Shown: piece by piece, positions 1-10,400 of the stretch
How the letters are laid out: each line of letters opens with the position of its first letter
How positions within the stretch are numbered: position 1 is the stretch's first letter
NCBI GenBank assembly: GCA_049322575.1
Contig: JBMORQ010000015.1
Span: 13,373-77,372 of the forward strand
Length of the DNA stretch: 64,000 bases
Reading direction: 5' to 3'
Source of the DNA: Patescibacteria group bacterium
GTDB lineage: Bacteria; Patescibacteriota; Microgenomatia; UBA1400; PJMF01
Program-made: the position numbers and the translations under genes
The notes under the pieces: generated by a model
Databases searched by the model: none
Seen by the model: only the letters and a program-made list of their open reading frames with translations
What the model was told of the DNA's origin: nothing

Positions 1-12
1 AAAATTACCGAA

Positions 13-1545
13 ATGGAAGCTGAGATTCAGTCAGACATTAGATCTGGAAAAATTAGCAACATCAACACTGAGATCAAACTTAGTGATGCTCGTGCCATTC
101 GCGAACAATTAGCAGCTGGGGCTGAGAGGTTTTTTCAATTTGGCTTATACGTCACCATTCACGCCGAAAGTAAGGACGAGCTAGATCGCGTAACAAAAAA
201 TATACAATCAACCCTCGGTTCTTTACTTATTGTTTCCAAAAAAGCCACTCTTCAGATGGATGAAGGTTTTAAAACCACCCTCCCCATGGGTTCAGATAAG
301 CTTTTAATTACTAGAAACATGGACACCACTTCTTTGGCTACAACCTTTCCTTTCACTTCTTCTGAGCTGACAATGGAAAGCGGAATCATGTATGGCATCA
401 ACGAACATAATGAATCCTTGGTTGTTTTTGATCGTTTTAAGATGGAAAACGCTAATGTGGTAATCTTTGCCAAATCTGGTGCGGGTAAGTCTTACACTGT
501 CAAACTCGAGATCTTGCGTCAATTAATGTTTGACACCGAAGTAATTGTTCTTGATCCAGAACATGAATATGAAGACCTCGCACAAGCAGTTGGTGGCGAA
601 TATATAAATTTTACTTTCGGCTCAGAAACCAAAATTAATCCCTTTGACCTTGCTAATCTTTATGAAGAGGGTGAAAACGAGCTCGGTCAGAAAATCTTGT
701 CTCTGCATGGGCTACTAAAAGTCATGCTTGGAGACATGACACCCCAGCAAGAGGCCCTTCTTGACCGCGCTTTGGTTGCCGCTTACAAAGCCAAGGGTAT
801 TACACCAGACCCCACCACCCAAGCCAATGAGCCACCTCTCATGGAAGACTTGTACAAAGCTTTAATTGGTATGGAAAACAACGACGCTGCAGACATCGCA
901 GCTCGCTTAGAAAAATACATAACTGGTTCATTTCGAGGAATTTTTGACAAGCCATCAAACATTGATCTCACTAATCAGTTTACTGTTTTCTCGGTTAAAG
1001 AAATGGAAGAAGAACTCAGGCCAGTAGCCATGTACATTGTGCTTGACTATATTTGGACGCGTGTACGCAAGAATCTTAAGAAACGATTACTAATCATTGA
1101 CGAGGCTTGGTATTTCATGAAACATCCGGATAGTGCCTCCTTTATTCATTCAATGGCTAAAAGAGCTCGTAAATATTACCTAGGTATTACTACTATTACT
1201 CAGGATGTTGAGGATTTTCTTCATAATGATTATGGCAAGGCGATTGTTTCCAACGCTTCCATTCAGTTTCTAATGAAGCAATCAACGGCCTCAATTCCTG
1301 TCCTGGCACAAACTTTCTACTTATCAGAGGGTGAAAGACAATTGCTGGTTTCAGCAGATGTTGGTGAGGGTATTTTCTTTGCTGGCCAAAATCATGTAGC
1401 TTTAAGGGTTGTTGCTTCACAAGAAGAACATAATATTATTACTACCGATCCAGAAGAATTACTAAAGAAGCGTCAAGTAAAAACTTCAAGTCAGACTATT
1501 ACCTCGGTTAAAAACAGTCTTTCTGATTACCAAATGCCTGAGTAG
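13..1545 (+). CDS. virB4: VirB4/TrbE-family type IV secretion ATPase, C-terminal 510 aa; the 5' end is cut by the window edge
   Basis: The ORF runs off the left edge of the window. It has a Walker A motif (FAKSGAGKSYT) and a Walker B motif (LLIIDEAWYF), and its overall layout matches the NTPase domain of VirB4/TraE/TrbE. Confidence 0.7.
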   Translation: MEAEIQSDIRSGKISNINTEIKLSDARAIREQLAAGAERFFQFGLYVTIHAESKDELDRVTKNIQSTLGSLLIVSKKATLQMDEGFKTTLPMGSDKLLITRNMDTTSLATTFPFTSSELTMESGIMYGINEHNESLVVFDRFKMENANVVIFAKSGAGKSYTVKLEILRQLMFDTEVIVLDPEHEYEDLAQAVGGEYINFTFGSETKINPFDLANLYEEGENELGQKILSLHGLLKVMLGDMTPQQEALLDRALVAAYKAKGITPDPTTQANEPPLMEDLYKALIGMENNDAADIAARLEKYITGSFRGIFDKPSNIDLTNQFTVFSVKEMEEELRPVAMYIVLDYIWTRVRKNLKKRLLIIDEAWYFMKHPDSASFIHSMAKRARKYYLGITTITQDVEDFLHNDYGKAIVSNASIQFLMKQSTASIPVLAQTFYLSEGERQLLVSADVGEGIFFAGQNHVALRVVASQEEHNIITTDPEELLKKRQVKTSSQTITSVKNSLSDYQMPE

Positions 1546-1602
1546 CTTTTAAAGCCTTTACTTCTCTAATATTTTTATGTCTTTGTATCTTAAACCACGT
1601 AT

Positions 1603-1657
1603 TAGACTTATCATGAAATAACATTTTTATTACGAAATTTTATTTCGCTATAAGTCA
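1603..1657. repeat. Short hairpin copy of the dispersed palindromic repeat family (TAGACTTaTcaTGAAATA ... TATTTCgcTAtAAGTCa)
   Basis: Imperfect inverted repeat with a 19-nt loop in the virB4-dnaA intergenic region; the arms match the terminal inverted repeats of the long copies at 11683 and 50348. Confidence 0.6.
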
Positions 1658-1682
1658 ATTATTATTTTTAGTGCTTGCGCTC

Positions 1683-1691
1683 TGTGGATAA
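1683..1691 (-). promoter_or_regulatory. Perfect DnaA box (TTATCCACA on the minus strand) upstream of dnaA
   Basis: The + strand reads tgtggataa, which is the exact reverse complement of the consensus TTATCCACA, 90 bp upstream of the dnaA start. Confidence 0.6.
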
Positions 1692-1779
1692 TTATGTGTA
1701 TAACCTGATTATCTTCTAAGGGTTTTCATCAGACTTCCTGAGTATATTTAAAAAGTTTCTGCCTTCTGGTTACAAAAAC

Positions 1780-3285
1780 ATGCAATTTAATGAGGATGTC
1801 TCTCAAGGGGTTACAGCTGAAGAAATTAGTCAGGTTTGGCAAAAAGCAACAAAAAACTTGCAATCTCAGCTTTCTCCAGCCGTCTTTAGCACTTGGATTG
1901 CCTCTAATCCGCTCACATTACTTAGTTATTCACCTCCCAATAAGGCGTTGGCAACCATTACCTGTCCCTCAGCTTTTCACGCCACGAATTTAAAAAAAAA
2001 CTTATATACGCAGATAAAAGCGGCTCTTGAAGAACAAATCGGCAGAATCACTGAAATTGAGTTTAAGGTTGGGTCAGTTTTTCCAGACGCCAACCATGAA
2101 CACACCCAACAAAAAGACAGTAAGTCAACTTTTTCAACAATTACCAGAGAGGTGATAAAAAAAAGCCAAAATCTTTCACCGACAGTTGAAGAGCTGTTCT
2201 CGTCTCACATCATTCAGGCTTCAATCCAAGATCGAGCAATTGCTAAAGCGAGAGCTATTGGTCTTCGCCTGGACTATACTTTTAAAACTTTTGCTGTTTC
2301 TACTAGTAATGAGATGGCACATGCAGCTGCATCAGCCGTTTCCAATAGCCCTGGAAGCGCCTACAATCCTCTTTTTCTCTACGGTGGAGTCGGTGTTGGT
2401 AAAACCCACTTAATGCATGCAATTGGCAACAACATTTTGAAAAAAAATCCAGAAACTCACATAATCTATTGTACTGGTGAAGAATTTACCAATGAAATTG
2501 TAAGCGCCATCCAAACAAAAAAAGCTCTCTCATTTAAACAAAAATATCGAAACACCTCTGTTTTGCTAATTGATGATATTCAGTTTATTGCTGGTAAAAA
2601 CACTGTCCAAGAGGAATTTTTTCACACTTTTAACGCTTTGGTTAAACAATCAGCTCAAGTGGTGCTTACGTCTGACCGTCCTCCGCATGAAATTAATCTA
2701 CTTGAAGATAGGTTGAGGTCCCGTTTTGAGGCTGGTTTAATGATTGATATTCAACAACCATCTTTTGAGCTCCGCACTGCGATCTTATTGATAAAATCCC
2801 AAGCTTTAGGGATAAATCTACCAATGGATTTTGCCCAACAAATTGCAGAAAAGGTTGATTCAGCAAGAAAAATAGAGGGTGTAATTAATTTTCTACGGTC
2901 TGAGGTTGAGTTAAAAGGTCGAGAAATTAATCAACAATTAGTTCAAGACTTTCTCAAAATCGACACCTCTCAAAAAACCAGAATAATTAGAATTAAACCT
3001 CAAGATTTGATCAAAAAGGTTGCTACACACTACGGTGTAAAACAGTCTGCGATAAAAGGCAAGTCAAGAACAAAGGACTTAGTCTATGCAAGGCACGTTG
3101 CCATGTTTTTATTGAGAAATGAGCTTAAGATGTCACTTGAAGAGATTGGTAAGTGGTTTTCTGGAAGAGATCATACTAGCGTTCTTCACGCAATCCAAAG
3201 AGTTGATGAAATTGTCCAAAACAATGAAGAAGAAAAGTCTGATATATCTTCCTTAAAGATGAGTTTAGGATCAAGCTTCACATAG
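1780..3285 (+). CDS. dnaA: Chromosomal replication initiator DnaA
   Basis: AAA+ Walker A (GGVGVGKTHLMHAIGN) and Walker B (LLIDDIQFIAGK) motifs. The C-terminal DNA-binding domain IV carries the signature KSRTKDLVYARHVAMFLLRNELKMSLEEIGKWFSGRDHTSVLHA. Confidence 0.95.
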   Translation: MQFNEDVSQGVTAEEISQVWQKATKNLQSQLSPAVFSTWIASNPLTLLSYSPPNKALATITCPSAFHATNLKKNLYTQIKAALEEQIGRITEIEFKVGSVFPDANHEHTQQKDSKSTFSTITREVIKKSQNLSPTVEELFSSHIIQASIQDRAIAKARAIGLRLDYTFKTFAVSTSNEMAHAAASAVSNSPGSAYNPLFLYGGVGVGKTHLMHAIGNNILKKNPETHIIYCTGEEFTNEIVSAIQTKKALSFKQKYRNTSVLLIDDIQFIAGKNTVQEEFFHTFNALVKQSAQVVLTSDRPPHEINLLEDRLRSRFEAGLMIDIQQPSFELRTAILLIKSQALGINLPMDFAQQIAEKVDSARKIEGVINFLRSEVELKGREINQQLVQDFLKIDTSQKTRIIRIKPQDLIKKVATHYGVKQSAIKGKSRTKDLVYARHVAMFLLRNELKMSLEEIGKWFSGRDHTSVLHAIQRVDEIVQNNEEEKSDISSLKMSLGSSFT

Positions 3286-3538
3286 TTTTTCCACAAATGT
3301 GGATATCTCTGTGAAAAACTTGGTGAATTGATTATGGAAATCTGTGAATATTTTTAGCTCTTTGTTGATTACTTAAACGGCTCTTTGAACTAAATGAACA
3401 AGAATAAACATTTTTATTCAGGTGATTTCGCGGTATTATTAACAAGTATTTTTTATAGATTTCTAGGCTAGAAGCCGGATTTTATTAACTTATCCACATC
3501 TCCTATTGCTACTACAACTAATTATATTTATATAGAAT
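3286..3538. promoter_or_regulatory. Putative oriC in the dnaA-dnaN intergenic region, AT-rich and containing DnaA boxes
   Basis: At 3288-3308 two DnaA-box-like 9-mers face each other (ttttccaca ... tgtggatat), each one mismatch from consensus, and a perfect TTATCCACA sits at 3490-3498. The surrounding sequence is AT-rich, and a dnaA-dnaN spacer is the usual oriC position. Confidence 0.5.
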
Positions 3539-4648
3539 ATGAAAATTACAATACTACAAGAAAATCTAAAAAACTCGTTAAATCATCTCCAAAAGACGAT
3601 ACCTACCAAACCCCAATTACCAATTTTAAGTTCAATTTTATTGGAAGCAAAAAAAAATAGGCTTTTTCTATCAGCTACGGATTTATACTTTGGTATTAGA
3701 ACAGAAATTGATATTAAGGTTGATGAAGAAGGAGTTATTGTAGTTCCTGGAGATACTTTTCGCAGTCTTATAAACTCTTTGTCTCAAGAAGAGATAAAAA
3801 TCTCTCACACTCAACAGAACATTTTAATACAAACAAATAAGAACAAAGTTTCTCTACCCCTACAAAATCCAGAGGAATACCCACCATTCCCTGAAATTTC
3901 TGGGACTGTGCTGAATTTATCATTGGAAGACCTGGAAAGAATCATTAAACTTGTCTCTTTTACCGCATCGCTGGATCAAACAAGGCCAGTATTGACTACG
4001 ATACTTTTCAAATTCTCAAAAGATTCCCTGGAGGTTGTGGCAACAGACGGTTATCGCCTTTCTAGGTTGATGATTGATAAAGAGTTTGAGGAAGAACTCG
4101 AAATGATGGTTCCGGCCAAAGCCTTGCAGGAAATTTATCGAGTTGCAACCCAATTAAATAGTAAAACCGTCTCAATTCAAGTGTCACAAGAACTAAAACA
4201 AGCACTATTTTGTATTGATCAGACAAACTTTTATGTTCGTTTAATTGATGGAGAGTATCCTCCTTATCAAAAAATTGTTCCTGATAGTTTTCTTTTTGAG
4301 TGCGAATTTGAGGTAGAAGACCTCATGCAACAGTTAAAAAGAGCTATGATTTTTTGTAGAGATTCTTCAAATATTATTCGTTTACAAATAGACGCAGAAA
4401 AAATTTTAATCAAGTCGAGTTCTCCTGTGGCCGGAAACTTTGAGGGCGAAGTTTCTCTTAATAAAAGTAATTTTCAAGGAGAACAACAAATAGCTTTTAA
4501 TGCCAACTATCTCCACGATTTTCTCAACAATATTAAAGACGGCATTATTTGGTTCTCGATGAACGAGAGTTTAAAACCAGCGATGTTTAAAACTATGAAA
4601 CAAGACGATTATTTTCATGTTGTAATGCCATTTAGAGTCAATGAATGA
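3539..4648 (+). CDS. dnaN: DNA polymerase III beta subunit (sliding clamp)
   Basis: 369 aa, the typical N-terminus MKITILQENLKNSLNHLQKTIPTKPQLPILSSILLEA, and a three-domain length; it lies immediately downstream of dnaA. Confidence 0.9.
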   Translation: MKITILQENLKNSLNHLQKTIPTKPQLPILSSILLEAKKNRLFLSATDLYFGIRTEIDIKVDEEGVIVVPGDTFRSLINSLSQEEIKISHTQQNILIQTNKNKVSLPLQNPEEYPPFPEISGTVLNLSLEDLERIIKLVSFTASLDQTRPVLTTILFKFSKDSLEVVATDGYRLSRLMIDKEFEEELEMMVPAKALQEIYRVATQLNSKTVSIQVSQELKQALFCIDQTNFYVRLIDGEYPPYQKIVPDSFLFECEFEVEDLMQQLKRAMIFCRDSSNIIRLQIDAEKILIKSSSPVAGNFEGEVSLNKSNFQGEQQIAFNANYLHDFLNNIKDGIIWFSMNESLKPAMFKTMKQDDYFHVVMPFRVNE

Positions 4649-4675
4649 TTTAAAGACGTGATATAATCCCCAACT

Positions 4676-4825
4676 ATGACAAAGAGAACTTGGAACCCAA
4701 AAAAGAAAAAAAGATTAAGAACACATGGATTTTTAAAGAGAATGATGAGTCTCGGCGGAAGAAAAGTCCTAAAACGTCGCAGGGCTAAGGGTCGTGCTAA
4801 ACTAACAGTTGCGAAAAAGATTTAA
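4676..4825 (+). CDS. rpmH: 50S ribosomal protein L34
   Basis: Translated by hand, since it is below the ORF-track length cutoff. The product is [49 protein letters not shown], a clear match to the L34 family (MKRTFQPS..RxHGFxxRM...GRxVLxxRRAKGR). Confidence 0.9.
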   Translation: MTKRTWNPKKKKRLRTHGFLKRMMSLGGRKVLKRRRAKGRAKLTVAKKI

Positions 4826-4912
4826 ACCATTAGAAATCACAGTCTAATCAGAGGTTTAGAGCTCTTGAATTTATAAATCAAGACACCAAAAGCAACCATT
4901 TTATGGTGACCC

Positions 4913-5278
4913 TTGGTAAACCTAAATGAAAATCATCGGCAAAAAATCACTCTAATGCTCGCTAAGAAAAACCGCCTAAATCTCAAAACTGAGCAACGCC
5001 AGTGCGTTTTAAAGTCTGGAAAAAGGTTTTTTTCTCGCTACTTTACTTCAAGTCTTGTAAAAAACACCAACGATTTTCAAGTAGCTGTAATAATTCCCAA
5101 GTCCAAGATAGCTTTGGCCAGCGCTAGAAACAGATTAAAACGCTTAGTGTTTCAAGCTGTCGATCAAAAACCACCGGGTAAATTATGGACAATTATTAGG
5201 TATATTGGATCAAGTCAAACGTCCGAACAAGAAATAGTTGGAGACCTGAGAGATTTACTTAGAAGGATGAATGATTAA
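4913..5278 (+). CDS. rnpA: Ribonuclease P protein component
   Basis: A small basic protein immediately after rpmH, which is the conserved gene order. It carries the ARNRLKRLVFQAV motif typical of RnpA. The true start may be the internal M in MLAKKNRL. Confidence 0.8.
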   Translation: MVNLNENHRQKITLMLAKKNRLNLKTEQRQCVLKSGKRFFSRYFTSSLVKNTNDFQVAVIIPKSKIALASARNRLKRLVFQAVDQKPPGKLWTIIRYIGSSQTSEQEIVGDLRDLLRRMND

Positions 5279-5477
5279 AAGTATATTAATAAAAATAATC
5301 GGCTTGTATCAAAAACTCGACGCGGTGAAACACGCTACCCTGCTCTCCACATACGGGTTTACGAGCTATTGTAAACATCATCCATCATGCTCTCAATATC
5401 TGGTTAATCAAATAAAAGAGCGTGGTACAATTGTGGGATTAAAATTGGGTTTGAGGAGATTGCTATCATGCCATTAA
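5271..5477 (+). CDS. yidD: Membrane protein insertion efficiency factor YidD
   Basis: 68 aa with the YidD signature (GLYQK...CKHHPSCSQY, matching the C-x-x-x-P-[ST]-CS-x-Y motif). It overlaps the rnpA stop and precedes yidC. Confidence 0.8.
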   Translation: MIKSILIKIIGLYQKLDAVKHATLLSTYGFTSYCKHHPSCSQYLVNQIKERGTIVGLKLGLRRLLSCH

Positions 5478-6223
5478 TTATTGAAAAGTTCATCCTACTC
5501 TTGGTTGAGATTTATAAAATCGTGGGCGATCTAGGACTAACAATCATTATTTTTACATTATTAACCAGAGCCGCTCTGCTGCCGTTTACTCTTAAATCTC
5601 TCAAGACACAAAAGCAACTCAAGACACTTCAGCCAGAATTGAAAAAAATTAAGCAAAAACATGGAGATGATAAAAAATCACTTCAATTAGCTCAAGTGGA
5701 ATTGTATAAAAAATACAATGTAAACCCAATGTCAGGATGTCTGCCGCAGATTTTACAATTTGCTGTTTTAATTGTTCTTTATCAAGCGCTAATGACATTT
5801 TTAACTAAACCTGTTGACGGATTAGTAATAGATCCAAGTTTTTTTTGGTTAAACCTCGCTCATCCAGATCAGTTATACATTTTACCAGTGCTCGCCGGCC
5901 TAACTCAGTTGGTTCTATCAATTATGATTGCTCCAGGAGCTGAAGTGCCGGATATTGTTCCAAACGATAGTAAAAACAAAAAGATTAAAAAAGCCAATGA
6001 AAAAGAAGAAGACATGGCTCAGATGGCCGAAACCATGCAAAAACAAATGGTTTTTATGATGCCGATTATGACCGCCATTTTTGCCCTGAGATTTCCTTCG
6101 GGTCTAGCCTTATATTGGGTCACTACAACAATAATTAGTATAATCCAACAGTACTTTATAAGTGGCTGGGGAGGTTTAACTTTATATTACCAACGAATTA
6201 TTAATATGGGAAAAAAGTCATGA
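5468..6223 (+). CDS. yidC: Membrane protein insertase YidC, short form
   Basis: A polytopic membrane protein with the conserved NPMSGCLPQILQ motif, in the standard rnpA-yidD-yidC order. Confidence 0.85.
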   Translation: MPLIIEKFILLLVEIYKIVGDLGLTIIIFTLLTRAALLPFTLKSLKTQKQLKTLQPELKKIKQKHGDDKKSLQLAQVELYKKYNVNPMSGCLPQILQFAVLIVLYQALMTFLTKPVDGLVIDPSFFWLNLAHPDQLYILPVLAGLTQLVLSIMIAPGAEVPDIVPNDSKNKKIKKANEKEEDMAQMAETMQKQMVFMMPIMTAIFALRFPSGLALYWVTTTIISIIQQYFISGWGGLTLYYQRIINMGKKS

Positions 6224-6678
6224 CTATTGAAGAATATATAAAAAAACTTTGCGCTTACCTAGGCATTGAGGGAGATTGTAATCTTGAGATTGAAGAGCTG
6301 GAAAAACGCATTAGAGTTTCAATAACCGTATCTGACTCTGAAGCAAGTCTTTTTATTGGCTCATACGGAGAGAGACTGGAAGCCATTGAATTGCTTTTAA
6401 AAATGATTTTTCAGGATGAAGAAGACGACAAGACGATTGTTTTTGATGTTAATGACTACCGCTTGAGAAGGGAAGAAAAAATCATAGAAAAGGCCTTGGC
6501 TTTGGCAGAAGTTGTTTTGCAAAGTGGAGAAAAGAAACGTCTTTCGAGACTTAATTCCTATGAAAGATATCTTGTTCATTTGGCAATATCTGAGGATCCA
6601 TCCCTAAGCGAAGTTGAAACTGAGTCTTTTGACTCTGAAGACGGTCGTGTCTTATTAATTAAGAGAAAAGACAGTTAA
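6220..6678 (+). CDS. jag: Jag/SpoIIIJ-associated RNA-binding protein (KH/R3H domains)
   Basis: A C-terminal R3H-like segment (ERYLVHLAISEDPSLSEVETES); it is translationally coupled to yidC by a 4-nt overlap, as in yidC-jag operons. Confidence 0.7.
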   Translation: MTIEEYIKKLCAYLGIEGDCNLEIEELEKRIRVSITVSDSEASLFIGSYGERLEAIELLLKMIFQDEEDDKTIVFDVNDYRLRREEKIIEKALALAEVVLQSGEKKRLSRLNSYERYLVHLAISEDPSLSEVETESFDSEDGRVLLIKRKDS

Positions 6679-6744
6679 TTATTTATTGGCTTAACTTGAA
6701 AAGTCGACAAGCCTCATAATTACGAGTCTTGCAATAGAAAAATT

Positions 6745-7182
6745 GTGAAAATTGAAATTTACACTGATGGTGGCTCAAGAGGAAACCCTGGTATTGCAGG
6801 AGCTGGTTTTGCTGCTTATTATCTTGACGAAGAAAAAAAAGAAGTAGATGGACATCCATTTTTTGAAGAGGCTGTGTTTTTAGGAGAAAAGACTAATAAT
6901 GAAGCCGAATATTTAGGTTTTTTAGCCTCATTGAAATGGCTATCCACCCATAAATTTGGCGAAACAATCAATATGGTGGTTTGGAAACTTGATTCAAAAC
7001 TAGTGGTTGAACAACTAAACAAGAAATGGAAGATTAAAGAGCCAAGATTAGCAAAATTTGCCCAAGAGGCATGGAGTTTTCTTTCAACCCTCCCCCATTC
7101 ATTCACAATTACTCATATTCCCAGAGAACAGAATTCTCGAGCAGATAAGTTGGCTAATCAAGCTATGGATCTAGGATCTTGA
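6745..7182 (+). CDS. rnhA: Ribonuclease HI
   Basis: Begins EIYTDGGSRGNPGIAGAGF, contains NNEAEYLGFLASLKW, and has a C-terminal H..R..N..AD motif, matching the RNase H catalytic DEDD core. Confidence 0.85.
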   Translation: MKIEIYTDGGSRGNPGIAGAGFAAYYLDEEKKEVDGHPFFEEAVFLGEKTNNEAEYLGFLASLKWLSTHKFGETINMVVWKLDSKLVVEQLNKKWKIKEPRLAKFAQEAWSFLSTLPHSFTITHIPREQNSRADKLANQAMDLGS

Positions 7183-7443
7183 TCAAATATTTACTTTTGG
7201 TTTCTATTAGGGTTGTTTTCTCGCTCGAACAAGCCATAAAAAAACTTGCCTGAAAGGAAAGCTCCTTGTCCGCGAAAACAGCTTTTCCACTATAAAATCG
7301 TTTTTCGTAACATCTTACATGGAAACATAGAATTTTCTGTGAGTTAACTTTTGAATTGTGTTCATAGATACATTAGACTTGTAATAGAACTCTGTAGAAG
7401 AACATTCTGGAACTGGTGGATTGAGACACCTAGGTAATTTCTT

Positions 7444-10400
7444 ATGTCATTAATTATCGAACAAGTTACAAAACAACCACTGGTTGTCATCATTGGCCAA
7501 ACTACGCCCTTTCTTGGCCTATTGACGCAGGCAATGAGACAAAAGAGTCTGGACTGTAAAATCTTTTTACCAACGGATATAAAATCTCTAAAAAACTGTC
7601 TGGAAAACGAGCAGGAATCTCTTTATAAAATCATTTTTGATATTACATCGACTGAAAATGGTCAAAACAGCCTGGATGAAATACTCAATACTATTACGGC
7701 TTATGGACACATCACAACTATTATCGCCAAAAGACAGACAACCTTTCATGGTTCAGATGATTTTTACAAAGAAAACTTATCTGAACAAGAACACCATCTC
7801 TCACAAATACACATCGTTAGGCAAAATTTACCAAACTCACAGCTTTTTGTTGGTCAGGATGTTGTTTTTAGCCACTCCCCTATCTCCTATCCTTTAAAGT
7901 TTTTTGTATTAAATTTGAAAAACCTAATTCTCTTTAATCCAGATCAGGAAATATATTTACAGTCTGATGAGTCATTTTTACGATCGTTTTTACCGCAAAT
8001 AACCAAGCCACATAAGTCGCAAACCATTGTGTTTCGTGGTCAAAAACAAGAAAGTCTTAAGTGGCTAGAGATAATTCAAACAAGCTATGAACAATATTTT
8101 CATAAAAAAACCCAAATAATTAACCTAGTATCTAACGTAATAAAACCAGAGTCATCCGAATACTACTCAAACGATGATGTTTTAAACAATCAGTACCTGG
8201 AACAAGAAATAATTGTTACAACTCCCGATGTAAACATTGAAGATGTGGTTGATCGATGGGTTCGCATTCTCCCCTCCCATCTCGGCGAGTTAACCTTAAA
8301 AGATCGAATAGTTGGAGCCGAGAAAAAAACTACTGAAGCTCTAATTAAACCAAATTCTCAGCTAATTAATTCTCAACAATTATTTCAAAACATCAACGAA
8401 GCTAAAAAAACCGCCCAGGGTTTATTAAACACGGCAAAAACGTCTGTGAAAACAATTAGCGATCAGCTTGTCACTCACTCCCCAACCCATCATAATTTGT
8501 TATTAAAAAAAACGCCTATAAATCAACAAAAAAACGATGTAAATCTGTTGAAGAGATCATTTATTGATAAGCGGCAAAACAGCCATGTAAATATCGATCA
8601 ACAAGAAACCTTTGTTGAAAATATCTCGCAACTCGAAACAGACAAGATAAAAAATCAATCAGAACAAGAAAACATCACCATTGACAATCAGTTGACTCAA
8701 ATCTTTGGTAAAAACAGACAGTGTTTTGCAAAAAAACGTCTCTCTTTTAAAACCGGAGTCACTAAAAAAATTATTGCTAAATCAAAGAAAAACAGGGTTC
8801 TATTTTATAGTGGTGTAGTGGTGATTTCACTCGGCTTACTCATTATGAGTTTAATTGGTGTGTATCAAACCACATTGGGACAAGCTGTTAAGAATGTCAG
8901 CATCTTAATTCAAAGTCCCAATCAAACACCCACAGATGGAGAAAGTCGTTGGTTGTCACTCTTGGAAAGACAAATTGTCTTTTACGAAAACATTCTAGAA
9001 GAGGACTTTTTTATTGATGCAAAAACACTTTTAAAGGTCTCTCGTTCATTAAAACAATCACGGCAACAACTAGACCAATATTTACAGAAAGTTGGAAACG
9101 TTTTTCAAAAGATCGTTTTAACCGGTGATAACAGCGAGGAAGACGTAAAACAACTCATGGCTCAGGCGCAAACGGCTTACGAAACACTCTCATATTTTCA
9201 AGCAGACTTGGGAGAAGTAAATCTTCAAGCCTTCTCAGCTGAAAATCAAGGAGTTTTCCAGCAACAGCAAGATCAGATTGAGCTACAACGCGAAAAACTC
9301 TCACAGTATAGCCAGATACAAAATATATTAGAGGGGTTTTTGGGTTTTGAACAGCAAAAAACTTACGCGGTTTTGATCCAAAATAATCTAGAGCTTCGAC
9401 CAACAGGCGGTTTTATTCAATCAGTTTTAATCCTAACTTTTGACAAAGGCAATTTAATAAATTCTCAAACATTTAGCGTTTATGAAATTGACAATCGTCT
9501 ACCAAGCGAAATCAAACCACCAGATGAGTTAGAGCGTATTTTGGGCGAAAAAAGATGGTTCTTGCGAGATAGTAATTGGGATCCGGATTTTCCCACCACA
9601 GCAAAACGGGTAGAGTGGTTTATTAATGAGTCACTCGGCATAAAGCTAGATGGGGTAATAGCACTCAATTATGATTCAATTCGCCAGATATTGTCAGAAA
9701 CTGGTTCCTTGGAGTTGGCAGCTCTTCAAGAAACAATTACGGAGAAAAACTTTTTTGAAAGGATTTTGTTCCACTCTGGGAGTGAGTTGTCGGCAAGCCA
9801 ACAACCTGGTTCAGATTACTATTCTCTCCTTGCCAAAGAATTAGTAAGGAGAACCACCATACTTGAGGGCGATAAAGCCGCTCAATTTTTATCAGTTCTC
9901 CATGACTCATTTAATCAAAAACAAAGCCTAATCTATTTAAACGATGAATCTCTACAACAATCAGTTCGCACCTTAGGATGGGATGGGGGATTGGTTGAGC
10001 CAGAGTGTCCTTCTAGATTTGCTAGTTCAGATTGTTACGTTGATGTCATTTTTCAAGTCGAAGCTAATGTCGGTTTAAACAAAGTTAATAACTCGGTTTA
10101 CCGAGACATCAGTCACTCGATAAATATTCAACCCAATGTGGTTAAGCACAAACGAATTGTTAAATACCAAAATAAATCTCGTTCAATAACCTGGCCTGAG
10201 GGAAACTATAGGGCTTATGTTAAGTTCTATACCAACCAAGATTCAAAGCTTATTTCAATCGAGATGAATGATAAACAGCTGTTGCCAAACGAAATGAGTC
10301 AAGAAACTGACAAGGGGAGAAGAGTTTTTGGCCTACTAATTGATGTGCCAAAAGGAGAAGAGTTGTTGTTAGAGTTAAATTACCAAGTGCCCACAAACAA

